Shown here: positions 35,399 through 44,774 of the stretch, in pieces | Layout: each line of letters opens with the position of its first letter | Position numbering within the stretch: the first letter of the stretch is position 1 | Sequence record: PZ445551.1 | DNA length: 64,000 nt | Direction: 5' to 3' (one strand) | From: a phage | Program-made: the position numbers and the translations under genes | Notes under the pieces: model-generated | The model's input: the letters and a program-made list of their open reading frames with translations, nothing else | Databases searched by the model: none | What the model was told of the DNA's origin: nothing

Positions 35399-35574
35399 AT
35401 ATTAAAACAGGTGATATTGTACGTCTTGCTAGTGAAGAAATGTTAATGACTGTAATGGTATCTACCTACGATACTTGCGAAGTGGTATGGTTTGATGTTA
35501 ATGAACAACTACAGAAAGCTACATTTGATAAACGTATGCTTCGTAAAGTTGAAGAAGTGAAGGAGGAAGAATAA
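35392..35574 (+). CDS. hypothetical protein (60 aa)
   Basis: Overlapping start; SD GGAGGAG within upstream gene end. Confidence 0.5.
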   Translation: MVNIKTGDIVRLASEEMLMTVMVSTYDTCEVVWFDVNEQLQKATFDKRMLRKVEEVKEEE

Positions 35575-35575
35575 T

Positions 35576-35788
35576 ATGACAATGTTGCTTCGTATGTTTG
35601 TGTTTCTTATGTTCTGGATTATCGTTGGTAACGGTATTGTGTTTTTGATTTTTCCTGAAGTAATGACAGGTAATGAAAATAAGGCAGTGCCTTACATTAT
35701 GCTTATCGGTTACGGTATTGGTACACTCGGATTACTGTTTGCTGACTGGTTAGTCAATACTTTGTTCTCTAAGTACAGGAACAACTAA
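35576..35788 (+). CDS. small membrane protein (70 aa)
   Basis: Two hydrophobic helices. Confidence 0.5.
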   Translation: MTMLLRMFVFLMFWIIVGNGIVFLIFPEVMTGNENKAVPYIMLIGYGIGTLGLLFADWLVNTLFSKYRNN

Positions 35789-35789
35789 T

Positions 35790-36062
35790 ATGTCGGAAAA
35801 ATTACCTAATGTTTTCTTTTGTTTTGTAGATTGTGTTACACAAGAAATTATAGTTGACGAAGAAGGTATGTTTACTTATTTTGCATCTGAAGAAGAGGCA
35901 AAACTGTCAGCTATGAAATGTATAAGCCAATTGTCAGTACCTGCTGTCAACAGGTTCGGTATTGCACAGGTGTATAAAACAGTAACAGAGTTTACACCAG
36001 ATCGAAAACTAACTTTTCTTAACGTTCACTTTGTTTGTAAGTTTAGTGAACTACGACATTAA
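35790..36062 (+). CDS. hypothetical protein (90 aa)
   Basis: ORF in same-strand block. Confidence 0.5.
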   Translation: MSEKLPNVFFCFVDCVTQEIIVDEEGMFTYFASEEEAKLSAMKCISQLSVPAVNRFGIAQVYKTVTEFTPDRKLTFLNVHFVCKFSELRH

Positions 36063-36075
36063 ATCAGGAGTGAAA

Positions 36076-36675
36076 ATGAAAGAATATTGGAGTGGTGAGA
36101 AGGGCTTACTAAAGCCAGGAATGCTTTTGCGAGTGAAGAACATGTTGATCACACAAGATTACATAATGCCTAATCCTGGAGCATTAGTAGAATTCCTTAC
36201 TGCGCGAGATCAACCTGGGGTTGGTGAAATGTGGATTGTAACGTGGATATCTCTCGATGGTAAATTGCGCGTTGCTCCTATTGACCCAAAACACCTAGAA
36301 TCTCCTTACGCCAGTATTGATCCTCGGATCATAGATTTGGCTAGAGTTTATAAAGCTCGGACTGGTGTAGAATTAAATGTGGAAATTTTAAATCAATGTA
36401 TTGACTTCTTACCGGAAAAAGTGCATAATGCTCAACAAGAAGGTAACGGTTTAGAAGTTGTTCTTCTTAATGATGGGATGTTCTCTGGTTTGGCATCCGT
36501 AGATTTTCCAATAACATTAAGATTGTTACCTGGAGAATATGTACTGGATGAAGATACTATTGCTATATCCTCTAAAATTTTAGAACTCATTCCAGGTGCA
36601 AGGTGTGTTGGTGATACATCTTCCTTGCTGTTTACTCTGAATGAAGAAGCCATTATAGTTAAAAAGGAGAAGTAA
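36076..36675 (+). CDS. hypothetical protein (199 aa)
   Basis: Start refined to MKEYWSGE with SD CAGGAGTG. Confidence 0.55.
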   Translation: MKEYWSGEKGLLKPGMLLRVKNMLITQDYIMPNPGALVEFLTARDQPGVGEMWIVTWISLDGKLRVAPIDPKHLESPYASIDPRIIDLARVYKARTGVELNVEILNQCIDFLPEKVHNAQQEGNGLEVVLLNDGMFSGLASVDFPITLRLLPGEYVLDEDTIAISSKILELIPGARCVGDTSSLLFTLNEEAIIVKKEK

Positions 36676-36780
36676 ATGATGACGTTTATTGTTGGTGTTG
36701 TTGTTGGTTATTTTGGTCACAAGTACCAGGATGTTATCATCGCTAAAGTTGACGAAGTAATCGAAAAATTTAAACACTAA
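36676..36780 (+). CDS. small peptide (about 34 aa)
   Basis: Not in ORF track; SD AAGGAGAAG; weak. Confidence 0.3.
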   Translation: MMTFIVGVVVGYFGHKYQDVIIAKVDEVIEKFKH

Positions 36781-36831
36781 TTTTTTAAAAGGCTGTACTG
36801 CTGTGCAGCCTATCTTTCAAAGGAGAGTAAA

Positions 36832-37005
36832 ATGTTCAAAGATACCAATTATAAATGTGTACATTGTGGTAAATCTTTTGGTGATCACAAAGCTAAAACA
36901 TTCAATTGTCCACGAAAAGGGCGAGGTAGCTTTAAAGGTTTTAATCCATCCCACGTTTATTCTCCCAACTACGAGAAACCAGAAGAAGAAAAATTTGTAA
37001 TCTGA
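36832..37005 (+). CDS. small zinc-ribbon protein (about 57 aa)
   Basis: Not in ORF track; YKCVHCGKSF ... FNCPRKG; SD AAAGGAGAG. Confidence 0.45.
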   Translation: MFKDTNYKCVHCGKSFGDHKAKTFNCPRKGRGSFKGFNPSHVYSPNYEKPEEEKFVI

Positions 37006-37014
37006 GGAGGCAAT

Positions 37015-37302
37015 ATGGAACTAGTGCAAGAAGTTTATGAAAAACTGAAAGAAGAGAATCTTGATTGGCCTGAACATGCTCTTATTGTCGTCAAAGATAC
37101 TAATGGTGAAATAAAATTCTCAAGTGTAAGTGAAGATGATGTTGTTTTAAGTCCTACAGGATATTATATGAGAGGTGTTACGTGTCTATTCAACACCAAA
37201 GTGTATCCTGAAATTAAACTTAGTTACGGTGAACCTGATCATCCAGAAATCGTTACACGTAATGAATATGAAAATTATTATTTTGCTCGTGAAAGCAAAT
37301 AA
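37015..37302 (+). CDS. hypothetical protein (95 aa)
   Basis: SD TGAGGAGG upstream. Confidence 0.55.
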   Translation: MELVQEVYEKLKEENLDWPEHALIVVKDTNGEIKFSSVSEDDVVLSPTGYYMRGVTCLFNTKVYPEIKLSYGEPDHPEIVTRNEYENYYFARESK

Positions 37303-37310
37303 GGAAAACT

Positions 37311-37634
37311 ATGCAAAAAATAAACACTGGTTCTCGTCCTAAACAGAAGCAAACAAAAGCAAGGGTATCTTATGTTGACAACTCTTGTTATAATTTCAAA
37401 AATGTTAAAGAAGTTATCATTGATGAAAAAGAAGGTTTGATTCACATTTCATCTGAACGTTTGAAAGGTAGTGTTACTCTTCGTGAGAATGTATCTATAC
37501 CTATGAAAGTTGTGGCTACACTCTGTGTTGATAAACCAGATGTTGTTAACTACTATGTGTTCCGTGATAGTTGTATTTCATTACATAATAAGATTTTTAA
37601 ATCTTCGCACGTTAAAACAAAACACATTGTATAA
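37311..37634 (+). CDS. hypothetical protein (107 aa)
   Basis: SD AAGGAAAAC upstream; followed by terminator. Confidence 0.55.
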   Translation: MQKINTGSRPKQKQTKARVSYVDNSCYNFKNVKEVIIDEKEGLIHISSERLKGSVTLRENVSIPMKVVATLCVDKPDVVNYYVFRDSCISLHNKIFKSSHVKTKHIV

Positions 37635-37639
37635 CACAT

Positions 37640-37665
37640 AAACCCGCTTCGGCGGGTTTTCTTGT
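37640..37665 (+). terminator. rho-independent terminator
   Basis: Hairpin CCCGCTTCGGCGGG followed by TTTTCTTG. Confidence 0.65.
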
Positions 37666-37708
37666 ATGTGTGTTTTTATTTGTCTTAGCATAAACAATAG
37701 GAGGTATT

Positions 37709-37930
37709 ATGTCTGTAGTTGTAGAAGGTAGTATTGGCTTCTTAGTAGATAACCCTCACCCTTTCGTGGTTAAGGTTCATATTCAAGAAAAGGTAAGCAA
37801 CAATACGTGGTTGTGCTTGTTAGATAGTAAGATACACTCTTACACAGAGGTTTATCTTCATACTTGGCAAATTGGTACGATAACAGCAGAGGATGAATTG
37901 ATAATTGAATTATATGAACGAGATCTATAG
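37709..37930 (+). CDS. hypothetical protein (73 aa)
   Basis: SD TAGGAGGT upstream; last gene of rightward block. Confidence 0.55.
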   Translation: MSVVVEGSIGFLVDNPHPFVVKVHIQEKVSNNTWLCLLDSKIHSYTEVYLHTWQIGTITAEDELIIELYERDL

Positions 37931-38009
37931 ATGACTTTACTAGAGAGTATCGTAGTGTTAATCATCTTTATCATTGTTGTCATAGGATATTTTACAGAAG
38001 ACTAAAATA

Positions 38010-38040
38010 AAGCCCCCTAGAAGCGATTCTAGGGGCTTTT
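38010..38040. terminator. bidirectional terminator at convergent block junction
   Basis: Hairpin CCCCTAGAA-GCGA-TTCTAGGGG flanked by A-run upstream and T-run downstream. Confidence 0.65.
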
Positions 38041-38106
38041 GTTTGCATTAGATAGGGAAACGTATTACTAAAATAAAAAGTGCGTTAGAATGCGTTACAG
38101 GAGGTT

Positions 38107-38364
38107 TTAGGAATGCATAAAATCTTCTTCAGGGCAGGTTGAGAGATAAGAGATGCACGTTGGGACAACAACAACATTATCTTTAAGGTTTGCAACCAAG
38201 CCTTTTGTAATTCCAGCCACTGCCCCGTTAATATCTGCTTGACGGATACCAAAACCTTGTTGTGCGGATAGATAACAAAATCCCTCACCTTTCTGTTGAT
38301 TATTATTGAAGTAATAAACGTAGTGCATCATAAAATGGTCTTTAACGATTTGTTCTGTGGTCAT
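38107..38364 (-). CDS. hypothetical protein (85 aa)
   Basis: ORF preceded on minus strand by hairpin + T-run + SD GGAGAA. Confidence 0.5.
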   Translation of the reverse strand: MTTEQIVKDHFMMHYVYYFNNNQQKGEGFCYLSAQQGFGIRQADINGAVAGITKGLVANLKDNVVVVPTCISYLSTCPEEDFMHS

Positions 38365-38382
38365 AATATTCTCCTATAAGAA

Positions 38383-38402
38383 AAAAGGGGCTTTCGCCCC
38401 TT
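38383..38402 (-). terminator. hairpin + U-tract module directly upstream of SD
   Basis: GGGGCGAAAGCCCC then TTTTTTCTTAT on minus strand. Confidence 0.5.
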
Positions 38403-38409
38403 GGTCAAG

Positions 38410-39222
38410 TTACTTAGTCAAATGATCTTCTATCATTTTTATGAAAGCAGGATTGCTAAAAGCATCTGCTGCCTTTTCTCTATAAACAAAGACTCCTCTA
38501 TCTTCGTAAAGAAGAGTTTCTTCGTAATTAATTCCTGGGTTAACAACAATCATTTTTATACCCATAGTAAGTGCAGGGAATAATTCCCAATTAAAATTGA
38601 TAACTTGGTTTGAACATCCTACTACAACAACCAAATCTTGCATGGTCAAAGTATCAAACAAGTGAGCCATATCTGCATACAAAGGTGCAGCCTCACCAAA
38701 AAATACAACATTAGGCTTCACCCAGTTATAATCATCTATGTTTATACTATTGTAACCAATGTCTACCAGTGTTTTGTAATCTCCAGGGTGCATACGGTAA
38801 ACTACTTCAGGAAGATACCCGTGCACGTGAATAACAGAATCCCTGTCCACACCTGCTCGCTCTAGTAGATCATCAACGTTTGTTGTCAAGTTTACTACTT
38901 GGTTAGGATATTCCTTAAACCACTTTGCTATTTGAATATGTGCAGCATTAGGTTGTACATCTTTAAGCTCAACACGTCTTTTGTTATAAAATTCGTGTGT
39001 TTTGGCATACAAGTCCATACCGTTCTCGTCTACACCACCGACCACTGGAAGATCTGGAGATGTTCTCACACGATAACCTGCTTGGAAAGCTCCAATATCG
39101 CAGACCTCTTCTAAATCATATTCTTCCCACAAGGCACGACCACTATCTGTGTCTGTTCGGAATGTTCGAATCCCACTGTCTGCACTTAAACCTGCGCCAC
39201 TAACAAAAATTACTCTTCGCAT
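38410..39222 (-). CDS. Sir2-family NAD-dependent deacylase or ADP-ribosyltransferase-like protein
   Basis: GAGLSADSGIRTFR, TTNVDDLLERAG, HVHG, VVFFGE, LVVVVGCS; no CxxC zinc-binding pairs. Confidence 0.8.
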   Translation of the reverse strand: MRRVIFVSGAGLSADSGIRTFRTDTDSGRALWEEYDLEEVCDIGAFQAGYRVRTSPDLPVVGGVDENGMDLYAKTHEFYNKRRVELKDVQPNAAHIQIAKWFKEYPNQVVNLTTNVDDLLERAGVDRDSVIHVHGYLPEVVYRMHPGDYKTLVDIGYNSINIDDYNWVKPNVVFFGEAAPLYADMAHLFDTLTMQDLVVVVGCSNQVINFNWELFPALTMGIKMIVVNPGINYEETLLYEDRGVFVYREKAADAFSNPAFIKMIEDHLTK

Positions 39223-39764
39223 TCAATATCCTCTTCGTAATCATCATCCCAAGAAGATGCGTCGTAACGCTCTTCCTCTTCGAAATCCCAATTAATTTCT
39301 ACTCCAAAATCTAAAAACAATTTAACAATGTTTTCTGTAGAGTAGTATTTATCATAAGCGTCAGCTAGTTCCCAATACTTGTCACTCAATTTTTTATATT
39401 TAGGATCATTATAGTCATAATCTACTTTATAACCATAATCATACATCTCTTGTTCAGCTTTAAGCATAGCTTCTGGTGTAAGAAGATTAGGGAACGGACG
39501 ATTTCTTTCTTTTAACTTAGAAACAATCCAGTTTGCAACATTTGCCACTTCACCATCTTGATTATCACCTAAACAACTTGCATAATCTCCATCTTCGTAA
39601 GTGCCTAAATCCCCACAGACCACATGTACAATACTTGAATACGATCCACACGTTTCACAATCTGAAAAAGTGTCTACTGTTGTAATATCAATAGATAAAA
39701 CTGGTAAAGCCATAGCTTCTTTCACACAAGCCTCCTCATATAATAACATATCATCAAAACCCAT
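39210..39764 (-). CDS. highly acidic Cys/Tyr-rich hypothetical protein
   Basis: Start refined to MGFDDML with SD GGAGGA; C-terminus WDFEEEERYDASSWDDDYEEDIECEE. Confidence 0.5.
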   Translation of the reverse strand: MGFDDMLLYEEACVKEAMALPVLSIDITTVDTFSDCETCGSYSSIVHVVCGDLGTYEDGDYASCLGDNQDGEVANVANWIVSKLKERNRPFPNLLTPEAMLKAEQEMYDYGYKVDYDYNDPKYKKLSDKYWELADAYDKYYSTENIVKLFLDFGVEINWDFEEEERYDASSWDDDYEEDIECEE

Positions 39765-39783
39765 ATATCCTCCACACAAATAA

Positions 39784-39803
39784 AGCCCCTGATTGGGGCT
39801 TTG
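39784..39803 (-). terminator. hairpin + U-tract module upstream of SD
   Basis: AGCCCCAATCAGGGGCT then TTTATTTGT on minus strand. Confidence 0.45.
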
Positions 39804-39818
39804 GTTAAGTTTTACGGA

Positions 39819-40427
39819 TTATACCAGACTTTTAAGGTACTTGTCAAGGGCTTCTTGATCACCTTGACAAACATAGCAACGGAAGTCTTGAGCAGAAGGT
39901 TCTTTGTCCTCGTCCCAATCCCAATAGACAGTACCTTTATAACGTGAGCCTGGGAACTCGAAATATGCTGTATGAGTAATATGATGTGGGCCACCCCAAA
40001 ACTGTGTAAAAGTAAATTGAGGATACGCTGCTTTAACTGTATTTTCAAACCAAGTTTTACGATCTAATGCTTCGTTTATAAAATAAGCATGGCGTTCCAT
40101 TTCATCCCAGTTTTTCCAAACGCATTTTTCATCCAGAGAAAAAACAAAATCTTCACTGTTGAATTCATCTGTATCTTCCAAAATATCATAATCATGTGCA
40201 CTAGGTATCCACCATCCAGCTTCTAATAGTGCTTTCACGGGTACAAAACCTTTTTCAGCATATTGATCAAATTCTTTTACTCTACGTACAGTGCAGTATT
40301 CATCTTCACCACCAATGTCCAGTAGAAAAGCACCTTTGCGTCTTGCTGCAAGACCATGTGTATCAAAAACTACAACACTACCTTCACCATCTTCACGATC
40401 TACTTGATATGCAACTTTTTGAGTCAT
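39819..40427 (-). CDS. hypothetical protein (about 202 aa)
   Basis: Start refined to MTQKVAYQ; longer track ORF starts at a TTG. Confidence 0.5.
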   Translation of the reverse strand: MTQKVAYQVDREDGEGSVVVFDTHGLAARRKGAFLLDIGGEDEYCTVRRVKEFDQYAEKGFVPVKALLEAGWWIPSAHDYDILEDTDEFNSEDFVFSLDEKCVWKNWDEMERHAYFINEALDRKTWFENTVKAAYPQFTFTQFWGGPHHITHTAYFEFPGSRYKGTVYWDWDEDKEPSAQDFRCYVCQGDQEALDKYLKSLV

Positions 40428-40551
40428 ATTACCCCCCAATGTACATGGGAAATTAACCAAAAGATAAATTCCCAAAAACACCAACCAAGAAAAGTTAATG
40501 GAATTATAAAAGCTATCAGAGCAGTCTTCCAGCCTTTCCACAATGTTTCCA

Positions 40552-41541
40552 CTATTCCTCCATACATTTAAGAATATGTGCAATGACAGGTATAGTCCAA
40601 CCGTTACCTAACATCTTATATGCTTGTGTGTTACTACTCACTTTAAAGTAATCATCTGGAACACCTTGTAAGCGGCAACACTCTTTAACCGTTAACTTTC
40701 TATAATGTACGCCTTCACTCAATTTTTCAAAGGCATCTAGATATCTTCCAGGTGGAATGTAGGCTAATAGTACGTCTTTAGGCACAGTCGTGAGGCAACG
40801 AGTTTTTTCACTGTCCTGAACTTCCAAACAATGTACCAAACGATCAGTTTTAGATGTACTACGTTTGCCATTTTCATTAATTCTACGCCCATATATTGCT
40901 GCCGGATAAAAAACCAGTTGTCTGCGACTCTTTTCAAAATACTGTTCTATATTACCACCTTTGGCATAATTTGCATCTATGCAATAAGCCTTATCTCTGT
41001 CTACAATACTATCATCTTCAATTATATCTTGCAACACTTCATTGGTAATCTCCCAGGGTTTTATTTCCCAGTTGCACCAGTATAAACGTTGTCTATTCTG
41101 TGCCGTGAAATCTGCGGAGTTAATGAATACGGGATCAACACCTAAGTAACTTGTGATCACGTTTTCCCACTCCATTTTCATCTTAACGTTTTCAAGCATG
41201 AACTTAACATTAGGATTAAACTTTTTAATATGTTCAAGAATTTCAACATATTCGAAGAATAGCTTAGATCGTGGATCTTGAAAGTTCAAACCCTTACCAG
41301 AAGAAGAGAAGCCTTGACACGGACTACCACCTAACAAAAGATCAATTTCTCCCCACGGGATATCCCATTCTCTCCATTTTGTAACATCACCTAACTGAAT
41401 AATATCTGGAAAATTTGCTTGGCTTTCAGCTACGGCAAATTTGTCTAATTCTGAAGCGTAATATGTATCTACTTCAATACCTGCACTTTTTAGCGCAAGC
41501 ATTCCTCCTGACATACCATCAAAAAGACTTAAAACTTTCAT
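40552..41541 (-). CDS. dcm: DNA (cytosine-5)-methyltransferase
   Basis: Motif I LFDGMSGG, motif IV GSPCQGFS, motif VI ENVKMK, QNRQRLYW, GNGWTIPV. Confidence 0.85.
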   Translation of the reverse strand: MKVLSLFDGMSGGMLALKSAGIEVDTYYASELDKFAVAESQANFPDIIQLGDVTKWREWDIPWGEIDLLLGGSPCQGFSSSGKGLNFQDPRSKLFFEYVEILEHIKKFNPNVKFMLENVKMKMEWENVITSYLGVDPVFINSADFTAQNRQRLYWCNWEIKPWEITNEVLQDIIEDDSIVDRDKAYCIDANYAKGGNIEQYFEKSRRQLVFYPAAIYGRRINENGKRSTSKTDRLVHCLEVQDSEKTRCLTTVPKDVLLAYIPPGRYLDAFEKLSEGVHYRKLTVKECCRLQGVPDDYFKVSSNTQAYKMLGNGWTIPVIAHILKCMEE

Positions 41542-41543
41542 TA

Positions 41544-41954
41544 TTACTTCTTCTCCTTAACACTAGCTGGTAATTCTGCCTTGAGGCAGAAGTTTAAACG
41601 GTAAGCCTCATTCTCATTTAAAAGTACAGATTCACACGATAACCAGAACAAGAGATCCTCAATACCAGGACTGTTAAGCCAACAGTGCAGAAGAGAATGT
41701 TGTTCTATATCAATGTAATTTAGTAACAAGGCTTGTAAGGCGTAACTAGTTCCTGTCGTTTTTGCTTTTTCAAGGATGATATTGTGTTTACTAACAACTT
41801 TCTTCCTAAGACCAAACCATTTATTAACAACAACAGTCTCTTCTTGTAGTTGTTTTCTTATTTTCTCACATTCTTTAACTACAATCTGCATCTTATCCAC
41901 TGCTGATTGAAGTTGTTCTTTTGTTGGGTTTACAAAATAATCACTATAATACAT
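41544..41954 (-). CDS. hypothetical protein (136 aa)
   Basis: Preceded on minus strand by terminator, TTGACA-N17-TAGACT promoter-like element and SD GAGGAG. Confidence 0.55.
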   Translation of the reverse strand: MYYSDYFVNPTKEQLQSAVDKMQIVVKECEKIRKQLQEETVVVNKWFGLRKKVVSKHNIILEKAKTTGTSYALQALLLNYIDIEQHSLLHCWLNSPGIEDLLFWLSCESVLLNENEAYRLNFCLKAELPASVKEKK

Positions 41955-42007
41955 GCTAAACTCCTCTTCTGTTTTTCTGTAGTCTATTCGAAAAAACTGG
42001 TGTTGTC

Positions 42008-42033
42008 AACAAAAAACCCGCCGAAGCGGGTTT
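42008..42033 (-). terminator. rho-independent terminator
   Basis: ACCCGCTTCGGCGGGT followed by TTTTTTG on minus strand. Confidence 0.6.
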
Positions 42034-42036
42034 ATA

Positions 42037-42294
42037 TTATTCTACAGGAACTTCTTCACCAAGAGAAACTTCTAAACGGAATGCTTTACTTTCAATACAT
42101 TCACTACCTTTTAGAAAATCAAATTGCACTATAGACTGACTTAATAGGATAGATAGAATCACATCACAATCTTCACTAGGAGCTAGATGTTTGTATTCTT
42201 CCTTCAAGGTAACATCATAAAAACATAAATCCCCTACTCCTAGTTCATCCCATCCTTCCCACGCATCTACAAAGTTAAACTCTAAACCTTTCAT
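42037..42294 (-). CDS. hypothetical protein (85 aa)
   Basis: ORF in same-strand block. Confidence 0.5.
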   Translation of the reverse strand: MKGLEFNFVDAWEGWDELGVGDLCFYDVTLKEEYKHLAPSEDCDVILSILLSQSIVQFDFLKGSECIESKAFRLEVSLGEEVPVE

Positions 42295-42815
42295 ACAACC
42301 TCCTCGTAATTGTTATTGTGTTTTACTGTCTCAACATACAATAAAGATTCCATCTGTAATACATTACCAGAAATAATAAACCCATAAGCCATTTCAGATG
42401 TGTCTATATCATATGCCCCGTCTTCCGGTTTAGCAAAGTGTAAAACTATTTCATCTGGGTTTTCTTCATCCCATAGTTTAGAAATTTTCCGAACCAGAAT
42501 GTTAGCTAAAATAGTTGACATTCGGGATAAAGCTGTATCCTCATATCTTTTAAAACCTAGCCAATAGAGGTTAAGAATTTCTACTTCTTCTTGTGTTAAG
42601 TTTTTGTCTAAAGTAATCAGATCTGTAGAGCACGGCGTTTTTGTTGAACCTACGGTTACAAAACCTGGAGTGTTATGAAAAACAATCTTAACTTTATCAC
42701 GTATAAAGTTTAAACCTTGTGCCTCAACTATATATTGTATTGTAGGTACAATATCGTTTGTTACATCAATAAAACTATCTTTAATGACGCTTATATTATT
42801 TCTGGACAAGACCAT
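42291..42815 (-). CDS. hypothetical protein (174 aa)
   Basis: ATGA overlap. Confidence 0.55.
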   Translation of the reverse strand: MVLSRNNISVIKDSFIDVTNDIVPTIQYIVEAQGLNFIRDKVKIVFHNTPGFVTVGSTKTPCSTDLITLDKNLTQEEVEILNLYWLGFKRYEDTALSRMSTILANILVRKISKLWDEENPDEIVLHFAKPEDGAYDIDTSEMAYGFIISGNVLQMESLLYVETVKHNNNYEEVV

Positions 42816-43374
42816 TCTCCTCTAAAATAGGCTTAATAAACTCGAAAATTTGTTTTTTACTTTTACCTCGAATATTAAAACAAGGAACATTAAACTTTTT
42901 AGCCAACATCCAAGCTGTTCTTGTACCACCTAAAGGATCTCCATTTTTATCTGTATTTGCACAAGCTAAAAGAAAACAAGATGGTTTTGGATTCTCAAGA
43001 TCTCTTCCAAGAACTTGGTGAATATTTCTTTGATGTAATTTTTTAGAACCTTGAGATAATCTGTCCCAAGCTGGATGCAATTCTTTTGCATATTGCAAGG
43101 TTAGAGCATAGTTTACACTATCTGGTCTGTCAAGAACAATAACCTCTCCCTCTATTTCATTACCTTTAAACGAGAGCCAAGGGATGTATATTTCTTTCTT
43201 TGTATTGTTCCCACTATCATATACCCCGCATTCAAATGCGGAATCTGCACCTGCTGCTTTACCAGATCGCAAAATGAACCATGTAGATAACCATTTTGCA
43301 ACAGATACCATAGTATCCCATTCTTCGTCTGTAATATCTCTGCTACCAACACCTGTGTAGAATAAATCGCTCAT
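42796..43374 (-). CDS. DprA/Smf-like (SLOG superfamily) Rossmann-fold protein
   Basis: TGVGSRDIT, SGKAAGADSAFECG, HQRNIHQVLG, GGTRTAW pattern resembles DprA Rossmann core; start refined with SD AAGGAG. Confidence 0.5.
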   Translation of the reverse strand: MSDLFYTGVGSRDITDEEWDTMVSVAKWLSTWFILRSGKAAGADSAFECGVYDSGNNTKKEIYIPWLSFKGNEIEGEVIVLDRPDSVNYALTLQYAKELHPAWDRLSQGSKKLHQRNIHQVLGRDLENPKPSCFLLACANTDKNGDPLGGTRTAWMLAKKFNVPCFNIRGKSKKQIFEFIKPILEENGLVQK

Positions 43375-43384
43375 GGTTTTCTCC

Positions 43385-43705
43385 TTAACAAGTAATATTG
43401 GGAGTAACAATTGGATTAACAATTGGAGTAATAGGGTACGTAAACCAAGGGCTTCCAATTTCCCAAGGATTATAAGGTCTACGAGGATCAAATGGAGGAG
43501 TTACTTCAGGCTTTTTCCAAATCTCCGCTAGTTGTTTCTTCCATTTATCCCTTGCTGTCTCATTATCTTCATCCAACTGTTCATCATTATCTTTTATTTC
43601 TGGTTTTGGAAATAAAAGCTCTTTGACTAACTCAACATCTTCCGTCTCAATAGTAGTTTCTTTCGTAAGTTCTCCTACTGTTTCTTTAATTGTGATTTTA
43701 TACAT
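43385..43705 (-). CDS. hypothetical protein with Pro-rich C-terminus (106 aa)
   Basis: ORF in same-strand block. Confidence 0.5.
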   Translation of the reverse strand: MYKITIKETVGELTKETTIETEDVELVKELLFPKPEIKDNDEQLDEDNETARDKWKKQLAEIWKKPEVTPPFDPRRPYNPWEIGSPWFTYPITPIVNPIVTPNITC

Positions 43706-44448
43706 TAGTCCTCCTCTAAAGTAGAATAAAATTGTAACGTATTTGAATCATCAAAATATGCAAAGGTTAAATTACCATTGAAGCAAGATCCTGTGTCCAT
43801 ATATACCCTATTACTGCTAATCACAGGTTTAGGAACATAAGAATGCCCGTGAAATACATAATCTACTCCTGAAACCCTAGGGAGAAGAATTCCTTCAAGT
43901 GCGCAATCTATCATATCACGATCCCACATTAAAGATTCTGTGAATCGAGAAACTTGCTCTTTATTCATATTCAAACAAAATGGCAAAACTTCTGTCACTG
44001 GTAAATGTTTCAAAACTGAAGGATACCCACCGTGAATAAAGCCTAGTTTCATATTACGATAATTGACAACAAGTACAACAGGTAAATCTTCTAGCATCAA
44101 AGCAAGAGCAGTTGCACCCTCTTCTCCACACTCGTCTAGAACTGTATGGCCTCCGTTCTGAAACCAACATTCGTAATATCGTCTATCACCTTCTAGCAAC
44201 CCTTTAATCATCATATCTTCATGATTTCCACGAATACCATAACGATTTAGCTTTCTGGTGAATTCAACAACACAACGAAAATTCTGCTTGCCGCGATCTG
44301 TAAGATCTCCTAAAGATACAACAACATCTTGATCTCGGATACCTAAAGTATTAACACCTTTCTGGTACAAATCAAAGCAACCATGTAAATCACCAATAAT
44401 AAACAGGTCTTGATCATCTTTTACACTAATTTCTTGATATACTAGCAT
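43705..44448 (-). CDS. serine/threonine protein phosphatase (PPP / lambda-PPase family metallophosphoesterase)
   Basis: GDLHGC, GDLTDRG, GNHE, GHS motifs; start refined to ATG overlapping upstream stop. Confidence 0.85.
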   Translation of the reverse strand: MLVYQEISVKDDQDLFIIGDLHGCFDLYQKGVNTLGIRDQDVVVSLGDLTDRGKQNFRCVVEFTRKLNRYGIRGNHEDMMIKGLLEGDRRYYECWFQNGGHTVLDECGEEGATALALMLEDLPVVLVVNYRNMKLGFIHGGYPSVLKHLPVTEVLPFCLNMNKEQVSRFTESLMWDRDMIDCALEGILLPRVSGVDYVFHGHSYVPKPVISSNRVYMDTGSCFNGNLTFAYFDDSNTLQFYSTLEED

Positions 44449-44774
44449 CAACTCTCCTCAAAATCCATAAGTATAAAGATATTAACTTTACCTTCTATAT
44501 TATGTTCTACAACAAGATCTGCAAATTCTTTGTAGGCTTTTTCTTCTATTTGTTCAATGTGAGACGCTACATCTTTGTATATAGCGTCACCATCTACTTT
44601 AACAAGGAGGAATAGAGATCTTACTTCAATCTCTTTATTTTTACGGGGTAGAAAATCGACGGCTTCTTGTATACGCCAGCCGAGATACCCTGGAGTCCTT
44701 TGAATATCCTCCAAATGACTTTCTAAGATTTCCCTTCCTTTGTCTATTAAAGCCTGTTCTGTCGTTATTTTCAT
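44448..44774 (-). CDS. hypothetical protein (108 aa)
   Basis: ORF in same-strand block. Confidence 0.55.
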   Translation of the reverse strand: MKITTEQALIDKGREILESHLEDIQRTPGYLGWRIQEAVDFLPRKNKEIEVRSLFLLVKVDGDAIYKDVASHIEQIEEKAYKEFADLVVEHNIEGKVNIFILMDFEES

